Source: Methanobacteriota archaeon (GTDB taxonomy: Archaea; Thermoplasmatota; E2; DHVEG-1). Taken from it: a DNA stretch of 64,000 nt. Made by a program: the position numbers and the translations under genes. Shown piece by piece: positions 35,188-44,646 of this stretch; positions within the stretch are counted from its first letter, which is position 1, and every line of letters begins with the position of its first letter. The stretch lies in NCBI GenBank assembly GCA_963769885.1, contig CAVYNH010000006.1, positions 224,001 through 288,000 on the forward strand. Reading direction: 5' to 3'. The notes beneath the pieces are model-generated. The model searched no databases. It was not told the origin of the DNA and saw nothing but the letters and a program-made list of their open reading frames with translations.

Positions 35188-35542
35188 ATTCGAGTACAAG
35201 CTCGTGGTCGTCACCCGCAAGGACCTGAAGCTGTCCCCGGGGAAGCTGTCGGTTCAGGTCGCGCATGCGGCCGTAGAATGCGCCTTGTCGACGAAGAAGC
35301 ATCATGCGGCGTGGTTCTCCCGCTGGGATGCGGAAGGCGCAAAGAAGGTGGTCGTCAAGGTCCCGACTCTTGAGGATTTCTATTCTTTGAAGATGAAGGC
35401 GGAGGACCTCGGGATTGCGACGGTGATTATCGCGGATGCGGGGTTGACGGAGATCCCGCCGGGGACGGAGACGGTCTTGGGTCTTGGGCCTGCGCCGAAT
35501 ACGCTTATTGATCAGGTGACTGGGGATTTGCCCCTGTTATAA
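35165..35542 (+). CDS. pth2: Peptidyl-tRNA hydrolase Pth2
   Basis: RKDLKLSPGKLSVQVAHAA, DAGLTEIPPGTETVLGLGP, DQVTGDLPLL. Confidence 0.95.
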   Translation: MIKIAPLEFEYKLVVVTRKDLKLSPGKLSVQVAHAAVECALSTKKHHAAWFSRWDAEGAKKVVVKVPTLEDFYSLKMKAEDLGIATVIIADAGLTEIPPGTETVLGLGPAPNTLIDQVTGDLPLL

Positions 35543-36320
35543 GCAGTGCTTCGGCGGTTTTTTGGAAGTCGTGGAGGGTGCGCTGGTGGTCGTCGGGGAG
35601 GACGATGCGACGTTCGACCTCTTTCCATTCGAGGCCGTGCTCTTCGAGGAGTTTTCTGACCATGCCGGGGACGCGGGGAGCGCAGAGGATGCCGCGGACG
35701 ACGGGTTCTTTTCGGTCTTTTTTGATGTCGGTGACGTACATGCGGAGCTGGTGGGCGGCACTGATGGTGGCGAGGCTGCGTTTCACTTCGATGACGACGG
35801 GGACGTGGTCCTTGTCGTAGCCGTAGAGGTCAATGGAGCCGGTGCGGACGGGCTTCTCCCGTTTGACGATCCGGAGGCCGTCTTCGATGAGGGCGGGGTC
35901 TTTGAGAATGTCGTTGACGACGTCGGCCTCCATGCCAGCGATGACGAGGCGAGCATGATCCTGAAGGGAGGTGGCAATGACGATCTGGAGGGCGCGGAAG
36001 GTGACCTTCATTTTCTCCGCGGGTTTGGTGTGGTGGCAGTTGAGGATGAGTTGGTTGCGGCGGACCGTGAATTGGGTGATGCTGCCGGCGGGCTGCCAGT
36101 TGACAGGCTCACGTTGGATGGGCTGGTGAACGAGGACGGTGCCGTCCTGTTTGATGAGGATGAGGCGTTCGCCCCAGTCGAGGAGCGAGCGGGCGCGGCC
36201 GTGGTAGTCGACGAGGCAGTCTCCAAGAAGGAGGAGGATGGTTTTTTCTGGTCGGGTGGCATGGTGGTCGGTGATGAAGCGGAGGGCCTCGGCTGGGGTG
36301 GGATGGACTGCGGTCTTCAT
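35505..36320 (-). CDS. nucS: Endonuclease NucS/EndoMS
   Basis: YHGRA, IKQDGTVLVH, PVNWQP, IDLYG...VIEVKR, QLRMY, VRGILCAP. Confidence 0.92.
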   Translation of the reverse strand: MKTAVHPTPAEALRFITDHHATRPEKTILLLLGDCLVDYHGRARSLLDWGERLILIKQDGTVLVHQPIQREPVNWQPAGSITQFTVRRNQLILNCHHTKPAEKMKVTFRALQIVIATSLQDHARLVIAGMEADVVNDILKDPALIEDGLRIVKREKPVRTGSIDLYGYDKDHVPVVIEVKRSLATISAAHQLRMYVTDIKKDRKEPVVRGILCAPRVPGMVRKLLEEHGLEWKEVERRIVLPDDHQRTLHDFQKTAEALLITGANPQSPDQ

Positions 36321-36358
36321 AGGTCGCTGGCCTGGCTTCGTGGTCTGTTGGGGGGTGG

Positions 36359-37630
36359 TTATTTGGATTGTTCGATAGTGAGCCGGGATTGCTCTTTCAT
36401 CTTGTAGGTGGAGAGCTCTTTGAAGACGTCGTCTTCGTTGAGGACTTCTTGGAGGTCTTTGTTAGTGGAGGCGATTTGGATCTCGGTGGTGCGGCCGTGC
36501 CGTCCTTTGGAGATGACGCGGGAGGTGACGACGCCGAGCATGTCGAGTTCGGCGATCAGGTCGGTGGTGCGGCGTTGGGTGAGGCAGTTGTAGCGGGTTT
36601 TTTTGCAGAGTTCGTGGTAGAGGTCGTAGACCTGCCCGGTGGTGAGGGCTTGGTTGGTGCCTGCTTTTTTGTTCTGCTTGTCGAGGAGGAGGATGGCGTA
36701 GAGGACGAGTTTGGATTGGTTGGGGAGCGTGCGGACGACTTCGGTGATGCGGTCGAGTTCGATCTTTTCTTGGGCTTGTTTGACGTTGTTCCTGGTGACA
36801 CGGGGCGCCCGGTTGCGTTCGGCGAGCTCGGTGGCGACCCTGAGGAGGTCCAAGGCTCTTCGTGCGTCGCCGTGTTCCTGGGCGCTGAGGGCGGCGCAGA
36901 AGGGGATGACGTCGTCGTCGACTGCGCCTTTTTTGAGGGCGGTCTTGGCGCGGTCGTCGAGGATGTCTTTGAGCTGGGTGGCGTCGTAGGGGGAGAAGAT
37001 CATGCTTTCTTCGCCGAGGCTGGAGCGGACGCGGGGGTCGAGGAGCTCGGTGAATTTGAGGTCGTTGCTGATGCCGATGATGCTGATGCGGGCGTTCTGC
37101 AGCTCGGTGTTGATCCTGGTGAGGTTGTAGAGGGCGTCGTCGCCTTGGAGTTTGTCGACCTCGTCGAGGACGATGATGATGACGCTTTTTTCCTTGTCGA
37201 TCATGGTTTTGAGTTTGGTGTAAACTTCGTCGGTGGGCCAGCCGGTGAAAGGGACGTGGTCGTTCCATTCGCTCATGAATTGGTTGGCGATGTTTTGGAG
37301 GAGGCGGTAGTGGGTGTCGATGATGGCACAGTTGAGGTAGATGAAGTTGATGTTGGTGCCGAGCTGGTCGCCTTTTTTCCGCAGTTCTTTGCCGAGGTGT
37401 TTGACGACGGCGGTCTTGCCGGTGCCGGTTTTGCCGTAGATGAAGACGTTGGAGGGGGCTTCGCCTTTGAGGGCGGGGGTGAGGATGTTGGCGAGGCTGT
37501 CGATCTCTTTGGTGCGGTGGGGGAGGTTGTCGGGTATGTAGGAGGACCGCATGACTTCGCGGTTCAGGAACAGGGTTTCGTTGTTGAGGTACTGGTCAAA
37601 AATGTCCTTGGTTGACGCTGGTTTACTCAT
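36359..37630 (-). CDS. cdc6: Orc1/Cdc6 replication initiator
   Basis: YIPDNLPHR, GKTGTGKT, LDEVD, HGDARRALDLLR, SKGRHGRT. Confidence 0.97.
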   Translation of the reverse strand: MSKPASTKDIFDQYLNNETLFLNREVMRSSYIPDNLPHRTKEIDSLANILTPALKGEAPSNVFIYGKTGTGKTAVVKHLGKELRKKGDQLGTNINFIYLNCAIIDTHYRLLQNIANQFMSEWNDHVPFTGWPTDEVYTKLKTMIDKEKSVIIIVLDEVDKLQGDDALYNLTRINTELQNARISIIGISNDLKFTELLDPRVRSSLGEESMIFSPYDATQLKDILDDRAKTALKKGAVDDDVIPFCAALSAQEHGDARRALDLLRVATELAERNRAPRVTRNNVKQAQEKIELDRITEVVRTLPNQSKLVLYAILLLDKQNKKAGTNQALTTGQVYDLYHELCKKTRYNCLTQRRTTDLIAELDMLGVVTSRVISKGRHGRTTEIQIASTNKDLQEVLNEDDVFKELSTYKMKEQSRLTIEQSK

Positions 37631-37743
37631 TCCTTCACCGCTCCCCGAAGGGGGCTGGGAATGGTCTCAGCATATTTCAATGTTGCGAAGTGATTTTTCT
37701 CCTGGTTTTCTTCTGGCGTGATACCGGGTGGGAGGGGGGATGA

Positions 37744-37923
37744 TTTCGAGTGGAAACCATATGGCTTCCGGCTTTATTTTTTTATTTTTTTAAAAATATT
37801 TTTTTAAATTTCGCAATATTCAAATACGACGGACCGTATACAGTCACCGGGATACTTCGTCTATGTTTTTTTCTTAGAAACGGGATACTTCAAACAACCG
37901 AGTTCCAGTGGAAATGAAGGGGT
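37744..37923. promoter_or_regulatory. Replication origin (oriC): mini-ORB, AT-rich DUE, full ORB
   Basis: GTTCCAGTGGAAATGAAGGGGT at 37902-37923 matches the ORB consensus with G-string; TTTCGAGTGGAAAC at 37744-37757; A/T tract ~37772-37825; immediately upstream of cdc6. Confidence 0.88.
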
Positions 37924-38032
37924 CCCCCTAGAGTCCGGTTTCCTCCCTTGCTATAGCATGACAAATCATCCCTGACAGGAGAGGCGAAGGGAGTAGAAAA
38001 AAATGGGGAAAAGAGAACGCCGACCGTGTCGT

Positions 38033-38269
38033 TTAGCTACCGACGATGACGACGTCCTTAACGGATCGGATCGTGTCGAACGGGAACACCAGGTGCCCAA
38101 TCTCATCCAAATGATACAGGCGCGGGTCGATGTCCTCGGACGGCTCCACCAGGATGCTGAGCAACTCCCCGGTCTTCTCATCAACCAGGGAATTCCGTAG
38201 GATCCCCAGATAGAGACCCTCTTCGCTCATCACGGTCTTTCCTCTCAAGTCACTCTCCAAGATTCTCAT
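38033..38269 (-). CDS. PRC-barrel domain protein
   Basis: LRGKTVMSEEGLYLG...VDEKTGEL...IRSVKDVVIV. Confidence 0.85.
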   Translation of the reverse strand: MRILESDLRGKTVMSEEGLYLGILRNSLVDEKTGELLSILVEPSEDIDPRLYHLDEIGHLVFPFDTIRSVKDVVIVGS

Positions 38270-38379
38270 AGTATCATCCCTCAAATTATCCGAACAGGTC
38301 AAAAGAGAGAATAGCCAGTCCACTTTTATCCTTTTTGGCAGACAAAAAAGAAAGAAAAAATGGGAAGCACTCCCCATTA

Positions 38380-40947
38380 TTAGAGGTACTGGATGTCGCG
38401 CTCCTTGCGCTCCCGCTTCGCCACGTTGCTGAGATCCTCTTTGAACCGCCCGTAATACTTCATCACATCATCAGTGATGCTGCCGCGCGCCTCGGAGAGC
38501 GCCTGCTCGAAGTTCGACCGCTTGACCTCCTTTGCCTTGATGTCCTTGCGCAACGCCAGCATCGCGGCCTCACGCACGACACCCTCGATGTCCGCGCCGC
38601 TGAACCCAGCGGTCTTCTCCGCCAGCTCCTCCAGCGACACGTCCTTGGTCAGCGGCATCCCCTTCGTATGGATCTTGAAGATCTCCAGCCGCGCATCCTT
38701 ATCCGGCGCCGGCGTCAAGATCAACCGGTCGAACCGCCCCGGACGCAGCAACCCTGGGTCGATGATGTCAGGTCGGTTCGTCGCCCCGATGACGACGACG
38801 CCTTCCATGCTCTCCAACCCGTCGATGCTCGTCAACAGCTGGTTCACCACGCTCTCGGTCACATGCGAGCCTTCGAAGGCGCCACGACGCGGTGCAATCG
38901 AGTCGATCTCATCCAGGAATACGATCGTCGGCGCGACCTGCCGCGCCTTCTTGAACAGCTCACGGACCGCCTTCTCGCTCTCCCCGACCCACTTGCTCAA
39001 CACCTCGGGCCCCTTGATGGAGATGAAGTTCGCCTTGGACTCATGCGCCACGGCCTTCGCCAATAACGTCTTCCCGGTCCCCGGTGGACCGTACAAAAGG
39101 ATGCCACGCGGTGCGTGGATGCCCATCCGATGGAACACCTCGGGCTGCGACAGCGGCCACTCCACAGTCTCCCGCAAGCTCTGCTTCACATCCTCCAGAC
39201 CGCCGATCTGATCCCAGCTGATCTTGGGGATCTCCACGAAGAACTCACGCAAGGCAGACGGCTCGATGCCCCGGTGCGCCGCCTTGAAATCATCCAAGGT
39301 CACCTCCATCTTCTCCATCAGCTCGATCGGGATGGGGCGCTCCAGATCGATCTCAGGCAGGTACCGTCGCAGGGCGTTCATCGCCGCCTCACGCGCCAGC
39401 GCCGCCAGATCCGCGCCGACGAACCCATACGTGATGTCCGCGATGTCGTTCAGCATGATCTCCTTGGCGATCTTGCGGATGAACTCCTCCGGGTTCTCCC
39501 GGATGCTCGTCAGCCGCTCGTTGATCTGCTGGTCGCTGTGCGTGTCCAGTTCCGCGTCCTCAAGGTCAAGGGGTAGGATGTTCGTGATCTCATCCGCCAG
39601 GACCTTCACCATCCGGTCGAACAACGCCTGCGGCAGATCATTCTTCACCGAGGTAAACACCACAGAGAGGTAATCGCTAACAACCGCGGAGCGCTTGCTG
39701 CGGTTCTTCGTCTTCACCACGGTCCGCAACAGGTCCGAGATATGCACCTTCTTGATCGCCTGACGCAGGATCTCTTGGACCTTCTCGGAAGTCAATGCCG
39801 CGCCAGGGAACAGCTCCGACAGGTTCGGCGCCACCGGCATACCGCGTGTATGAATCTGCAAAATCTCCCGTCGGCCGTTGCGGTCGGGGACGTCGATGCG
39901 GATCTCTCGGTCGAACCGTCCGGGACGGCGCAACGCGGGGTCGATGACATCGGGTATGTTCGTCGCGCCGATGACGATGAGCTTCCCGCGTCCCTTCAAG
40001 CCATCCATCAATGTAAGCAGTTGTGAGACGACGCGGCGTTCGACCTCGCCGTGGACCTCGCTGCGCTTCGGCGCGATGGCATCTATCTCGTCCAAAAAAA
40101 TGATAGAAGGCGCATTTTTTTGAGCTTCTTCGAATACTTTACGAAGATTTTCTTCCGATTGGCCATAAAATTTAGACATAATTTCAGGCCCATTAATCGT
40201 GTAAAAGTTTGCACCTGACTCATTTGCGACCGCTTTTGCAATCAAAGTTTTACCAGTCCCTGGCGGACCGTGTAAAAGTACTCCTTTAGGGGGGTCAATC
40301 CCGAGCCGGTCGAACAGCTCCGGATGCTTCAGCGGCAGCTCGATCATCTCACGGACCTTGCTGATCTCGTTCTGCAGGCCCCCGATGTCCTCATAGCTGA
40401 CCCGCGGACCCTCCTCCTCCGCGATCTTCGCCGCCTCTTCCTTCACATACAGGTTCGTACGCTCCGTAATCGTCACAATCCCATGCGGCGTCGTCTCAAT
40501 AATAATGAACGGAAGCGCATTCCCAAAAAACGCGATACCAGGGATGATAATCTCATCACCCTTGGACAACGGACGGCGCAACAGGTTCTTGCGGATAATC
40601 ACGTCAATGCCCATCCCGAACTCAATACGCTGCCCCTCCGGCATCAACGGCGCCAGCGTCACGTCCCGCGCCTCGCGCACCTCAGCCCGCCGGATCTTCA
40701 CCCGATCCCCCAGCCCAGTCCCCGCGTTCTTCCGCGTCAAATTATCAACCCGAACCAGCCGCTTCCCCTCATCAGACGGATGCGCACGCCACACCGACGC
40801 CGCCGTCACCTTCCCCCCCTCAATCTCGATCACATCGCCAATCGACAAATCAAGGTCCAGCCGCGTCTGATGATCAATACGGGCACGCCCATACCCCACA
40901 TCCTGCTGAAACGCCTCAGAAACCTTAAGAACAACTTCACGAACCAT
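38380..40947 (-). CDS. cdc48: Cdc48/VAT AAA+ ATPase with a helical insertion after D1
   Basis: Two GPPGTGKT Walker A motifs, two FLDEID, RPGRFDR; N-domain [10 protein letters not shown]. Confidence 0.95.
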   Translation of the reverse strand: MVREVVLKVSEAFQQDVGYGRARIDHQTRLDLDLSIGDVIEIEGGKVTAASVWRAHPSDEGKRLVRVDNLTRKNAGTGLGDRVKIRRAEVREARDVTLAPLMPEGQRIEFGMGIDVIIRKNLLRRPLSKGDEIIIPGIAFFGNALPFIIIETTPHGIVTITERTNLYVKEEAAKIAEEEGPRVSYEDIGGLQNEISKVREMIELPLKHPELFDRLGIDPPKGVLLHGPPGTGKTLIAKAVANESGANFYTINGPEIMSKFYGQSEENLRKVFEEAQKNAPSIIFLDEIDAIAPKRSEVHGEVERRVVSQLLTLMDGLKGRGKLIVIGATNIPDVIDPALRRPGRFDREIRIDVPDRNGRREILQIHTRGMPVAPNLSELFPGAALTSEKVQEILRQAIKKVHISDLLRTVVKTKNRSKRSAVVSDYLSVVFTSVKNDLPQALFDRMVKVLADEITNILPLDLEDAELDTHSDQQINERLTSIRENPEEFIRKIAKEIMLNDIADITYGFVGADLAALAREAAMNALRRYLPEIDLERPIPIELMEKMEVTLDDFKAAHRGIEPSALREFFVEIPKISWDQIGGLEDVKQSLRETVEWPLSQPEVFHRMGIHAPRGILLYGPPGTGKTLLAKAVAHESKANFISIKGPEVLSKWVGESEKAVRELFKKARQVAPTIVFLDEIDSIAPRRGAFEGSHVTESVVNQLLTSIDGLESMEGVVVIGATNRPDIIDPGLLRPGRFDRLILTPAPDKDARLEIFKIHTKGMPLTKDVSLEELAEKTAGFSGADIEGVVREAAMLALRKDIKAKEVKRSNFEQALSEARGSITDDVMKYYGRFKEDLSNVAKRERKERDIQYL

Positions 40948-41114
40948 ACTCTTGACTCCCACCTAATCGAAATCTGATGGCACTGCAGACAATATGAAAC
41001 CAATATAAAGCTTTCTCCCCCACCCCCATTCACCAGAGCAGAACCATTAAATAACACACCCACGATAAAACCACCGCAATAAAAAAACAAAAAAACAGTC
41101 TGGGAGGTAACCAC

Positions 41115-41756
41115 ACGAAATTCAAACACATCATCCTACTCGCGACCCTCATCAGCCTCACCCTCCTCTACGCCCTCACCGGCATCACCGCTCCCCCCGC
41201 CATCACCCTCGGCGACGCCCACCTCTACGACGGCCAACGCGTCACCGTCACCGGCCGCATCCAAACCTACCACACCCTCACCAACGGCGCCCAAACCATC
41301 ACCATCCACGACCCCACCACCACCGCTACTCTCACCCTCTACCTCCCCACCCCCACCACCATCGCCTACGGCGACACCATCCAAGCCACCGGCACCATCA
41401 CCACCTACCAAGACACCACCGAACTCACCATCGACACCCCCCACGGCCTCACCATCCTGCACCACGACACCAACCCTCTCACCCCCCTCTGGCAACTCGC
41501 CCAAACCCCCCACACCTACCAAGACACCACCATCACCACCACCGGCACTGTCGACACCACCACCCACACCAGCTTCACCCTCACCGACATCACCACCCCA
41601 GCCACCATCCAAGTCACCGGCGCCACCACACAACCCACCAAAGGCCAAACCATCCTCATCCACGCCCGCCTCCTCTACAACCCCGCCACCTTCCGCTACA
41701 CCCTCCAACTCACCAACACCACCATCACCATCCTAGGAGGCAACACCACTGCTTGA
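41115..41756 (+). CDS. Membrane-anchored tandem OB-fold protein with an apparent ACG start
   Basis: Not in the ORF track. GGAGGT at 41103, then ACG AAA TTC AAA CAC ATC; 213 open codons; N-terminal TM; GQRVTVTGRI, GDTIQATGTI, LWQLAQTP. Confidence 0.7.
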   Translation, partial: TKFKHIILLATLISLTLLYALTGITAPPAITLGDAHLYDGQRVTVTGRIQTYHTLTNGAQTITIHDPTTTATLTLYLPTPTTIAYGDTIQATGTITTYQDTTELTIDTPHGLTILHHDTNPLTPLWQLAQTPHTYQDTTITTTGTVDTTTHTSFTLTDITTPATIQVTGATTQPTKGQTILIHARLLYNPATFRYTLQLTNTTITILGGNTTA

Positions 41757-42006
41757 CCTCCTCCTCGTCCTCCTCTTCAGCCTCCTCGGCGTCACCCTCG
41801 GCCTCCTCAGCGGCCTCCTCCCCGGCCTCCACGTCAACAACATCGCCCTCATCCTCCTCACGCTCACCCCCGCCATCGTGACCCTCTGCCACCCACTCAC
41901 GGCCTACGGTCTCTCATCTGATTTCATCCTCATCCTGATCTGCGGGTTAATAGCCTCCCTGAGCCTGGCCCACGCCCTGCACCAGTACATACCCTCCACG
42001 TTCATC
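41749..42006 (+). pseudogene. TctA-like tripartite tricarboxylate transporter permease, 5' part (interrupted)
   Basis: (CTG)LDLLLVLLFSLLGVTLGLLSGLLPGLHVNN...YIPSTFI; continues in frame at 53021 (GAPNEETALSILPAH). Confidence 0.88.
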
Positions 42007-42132
42007 CAGTAGATGGACAAGTAAAATTCTTTTGGTCTAGGCAGGACTGAAAATCGACTGAACCTATACAATGCTCTGGTTTTTCAAAGAAAAAGTAGGG
42101 GCAATACCACAATAAAACTGGTCGAAATGGAT

Positions 42133-42160
42133 GGGCTTGTAGCTCAGCTAGGGTAGAGCA
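42133..42160 (+). pseudogene. tRNA-like 5' remnant (acceptor 5' strand and D-arm)
   Basis: GGGCTTG-TA-GCTC-AGCTAGGGTA-GAGC-A; no proper anticodon stem or acceptor 3' strand. Confidence 0.5.
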
Positions 42161-42216
42161 ATCTGCTCTACATTGAGAAGAACGTGGTGACCGGCTTGGG
42201 ATCCCGATACAATAAC

Positions 42217-43785
42217 CTATCCCCCGGGGTCAATCAGCATAAACACAGTGCCAAACAGCTTAGAGGTAACCAGATGGTCTTCACCAATCTCTGAATGCAG
42301 ATGCAGCCAAACCAGGAGATCAGCTAAGATCCAGAGATTATAGAGAAGAACTGAGAACAGGAAATAGAACAGACGAATGATATAGTTCTTCGAGGTTGTC
42401 TTCGCTCGGAAGGAATGCTTCTTGACTCTATAGCTTGTCTCGATTCCCCATCGTTTGCTATAGAGGTAGAGAAGGCGTTCCGCAAGCCCAATCTCTTTTT
42501 CATCAAGGTCCATATTTGTTGCAAAGACTCTCTTCACGGGCCTCCTGAGAAGATCCAAATCGTCAACGATCACGAGGTTCATCGGGAGATTGTTCAGAGT
42601 GAACCCTTTTACGACAGCAGGCGATGGCGTTAGGTCCATGACTCGTTTTACGGAGAAATTATGGATTGCTGGCATGAGATAAGTCAGGCGGAATTTCTCA
42701 ACTGTTCTGAGGGATTGGGCGTCGAAGAATCCTCTGTCAAGGTAGACATGGCTGATTTTTACGCGTTGAGTCGCGTAGGTGAATAATCTGGAGAGGATGG
42801 ATTCCTTTGAGTCCAGCATTGAAACAGGGAGGGCCAGGAGGGTGAACCGTTTCCCGGACTCTACGATTGAGATTGTGGCGAATTTGTAGCAGGCAGCGGT
42901 CCCTCGCTCCGGTTGCTTGCCGACAACCATTGGAGCCTTCCGATTTCCATAGAAGAACCATTCGGTGAAATCAACGGCGACATCCACTCGCTTCCGAGGG
43001 CCGAAGAGGTTTGCTTGTCGTGCCATCTCCCAGACAAGCTCAAAGATACAGGTATACATCTCTTGAAGCTCTGCCATCGACGAATACTTCTTCAGATGAT
43101 AGAGCAAAGTCTTCCCCGAAGGCCCCCGGGTTCGTTGTTCCTTGAAGACTCTAGCGCCGTTCTGAGCGAAATCCTGACTGAGACCGAGATGAATCAAGAG
43201 ATTGAGGAGTTCTCCCTTCTCATACTTGATGTTATGCCTCTGATGAAGATTGATGAACGGCGCTATCCTTCGTTTAAAGAGCCGGCAGACGTCCTTGGTC
43301 TTCTCATCCCTGATTAATCTCTGATTACGATCCTGAGTCTCTTTCTGAGGCTCTACAGGCTTCAAAGTCTGATAATCGAAGATGACGTCGAACTTCTCAG
43401 CAATCTCATTAATCTTCGATACTGTGAACCCAATAGCCTCGTTTGCTTCTTGGTCGAGGATATGGTTGATGAAGTAGCCGATTTGTGTTCTGTCTGGTGT
43501 CTCGCTGAATCCTAGTTTGAATTTCTCTGCAGGATTCCTCCTGAGATACTTCGTTAACTTGGTATGGAACTTGATGTGTTTTAGCTTCTGGAAAAGAACG
43601 AGCTTCAGGAGCGATTCGTAGGAGAACTTGATCTTCCGGTATGAGTCTGCTTGAGGAACTGGAAGTTTGAGGTTTTTCAGGAGGTCTGCTATCTTGATGT
43701 TCTTCTGTTGTTTGAATGGTTCGATTGAGTTATATATCTCCTTTTCAATGGTATCAAAGGAGATACCTTGAGTGCTTCGCGGCAT
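42217..43785 (-). CDS. ISH3-like (IS4/IS5 superfamily) DDE transposase, 522 aa
   Basis: VAVDFT...FYG, YKFATISIV...RFTL, YLDRGFF, YSKRWGIETSYR, RLFYFLFSVLLYNLW. Confidence 0.9.
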   Translation of the reverse strand: MPRSTQGISFDTIEKEIYNSIEPFKQQKNIKIADLLKNLKLPVPQADSYRKIKFSYESLLKLVLFQKLKHIKFHTKLTKYLRRNPAEKFKLGFSETPDRTQIGYFINHILDQEANEAIGFTVSKINEIAEKFDVIFDYQTLKPVEPQKETQDRNQRLIRDEKTKDVCRLFKRRIAPFINLHQRHNIKYEKGELLNLLIHLGLSQDFAQNGARVFKEQRTRGPSGKTLLYHLKKYSSMAELQEMYTCIFELVWEMARQANLFGPRKRVDVAVDFTEWFFYGNRKAPMVVGKQPERGTAACYKFATISIVESGKRFTLLALPVSMLDSKESILSRLFTYATQRVKISHVYLDRGFFDAQSLRTVEKFRLTYLMPAIHNFSVKRVMDLTPSPAVVKGFTLNNLPMNLVIVDDLDLLRRPVKRVFATNMDLDEKEIGLAERLLYLYSKRWGIETSYRVKKHSFRAKTTSKNYIIRLFYFLFSVLLYNLWILADLLVWLHLHSEIGEDHLVTSKLFGTVFMLIDPGG

Positions 43786-43916
43786 TCCGGGGGTTTCCTG
43801 CCAAGGGGGCTCGAAACTTCCCTTGGCATTTACCTTATAGTTAACTACTAATAGTATGTGTCTTTTTATTGGTTTTGAGTTAAAGTTAAATACTATTAGT
43901 TAGATAGTTCAATGAA

Positions 43917-44063
43917 ATGGCAAAAGTGACACTACAAGGATACCAATGCGAACGATGCGGACACACCTGGATCCCACGCAACAAAGAAGAAATTCCCAAT
44001 GTATGCCCAAAATGCAAGAGTGCATATTGGGATAAGCCCCGTAAACTCCCCACTAAGAAATAA
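43917..44063 (+). CDS. 48-aa Zn-ribbon microprotein
   Basis: MAKVTLQGYQCERCGHTWIPRNKEEIPNVCPKCKSAYWDKPRKLPTKK; two CxxC motifs; below the ORF-track cutoff. Confidence 0.8.
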   Translation: MAKVTLQGYQCERCGHTWIPRNKEEIPNVCPKCKSAYWDKPRKLPTKK

Positions 44064-44116
44064 CTCCTCATCACGGGGATATGACATACGTTTCAATTTA
44101 TTTAGGATTTTTCGAC

Positions 44117-44212
44117 CACTAGATGGGAGTTTCAAACAATGGGAGGGCCATCTGATGGAGGTTCCATTAAATGGGAGTTTCACTGGATGGGACTACCATT
44201 TGGTGGAACTAC
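44117..44212. repeat. Six tandem imperfect 16-bp repeats
   Basis: cactagatgggagttt / caaacaatgggagggc / catctgatggaggttc / cattaaatgggagttt / cactggatgggactac / catttggtggaactac. Confidence 0.85.
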
Positions 44213-44254
44213 CAAAAGCTTAAATAATTATATTTATGTCTAGTAATAATTAAA

Positions 44255-44638
44255 ATGAAGCAACAGACGATAATAAAAGAACAAATTCCATCAAAGATTA
44301 TATCATTTGAAAAATCAAATGAGCTCTTTATGCTTCTTGGACTTAAAGGAACGCTTCAATTGATATATCATTTAACTGAACAACCACGACAATACAAAGA
44401 TATAGAAGATAACAGTGATCTTCCAAAAACAACTCTCGTACGCCGCATAGAATCCCTACAACGATATAAAATAATTAGCAAAGATCCAGTTACTGTCAAA
44501 GGAAGAAAAACTCACGTGTATAGTTTAACCTCCTTGGGACTTCAATTGATGAATTTTTCAAAACGTTATGAAAGATTATCTTCTATCCCAAGAGAACAGA
44601 AAAAAATCCCCATCGAGAGTGAAATTAAAATCAAATAA
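44255..44638 (+). CDS. Winged-HTH regulator (HxlR-like)
   Basis: LLGLKGTLQLIYHL...PRQYKDI...KTTLVRRIESL...YSLTSLG. Confidence 0.8.
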   Translation: MKQQTIIKEQIPSKIISFEKSNELFMLLGLKGTLQLIYHLTEQPRQYKDIEDNSDLPKTTLVRRIESLQRYKIISKDPVTVKGRKTHVYSLTSLGLQLMNFSKRYERLSSIPREQKKIPIESEIKIK

Positions 44639-44646
44639 TCATTCAG

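Noticed and set aside
42133-42215. Functional tRNA gene or tRNA-targeted integration site
   Set aside because: No pairing anticodon stem or acceptor 3' strand; the boundaries are explained by TIRs plus a TSD, and no integrase is present
44117-44212. Mini-CRISPR array
   Set aside because: Contiguous 16-bp units without unique spacers; no cas genes in the window
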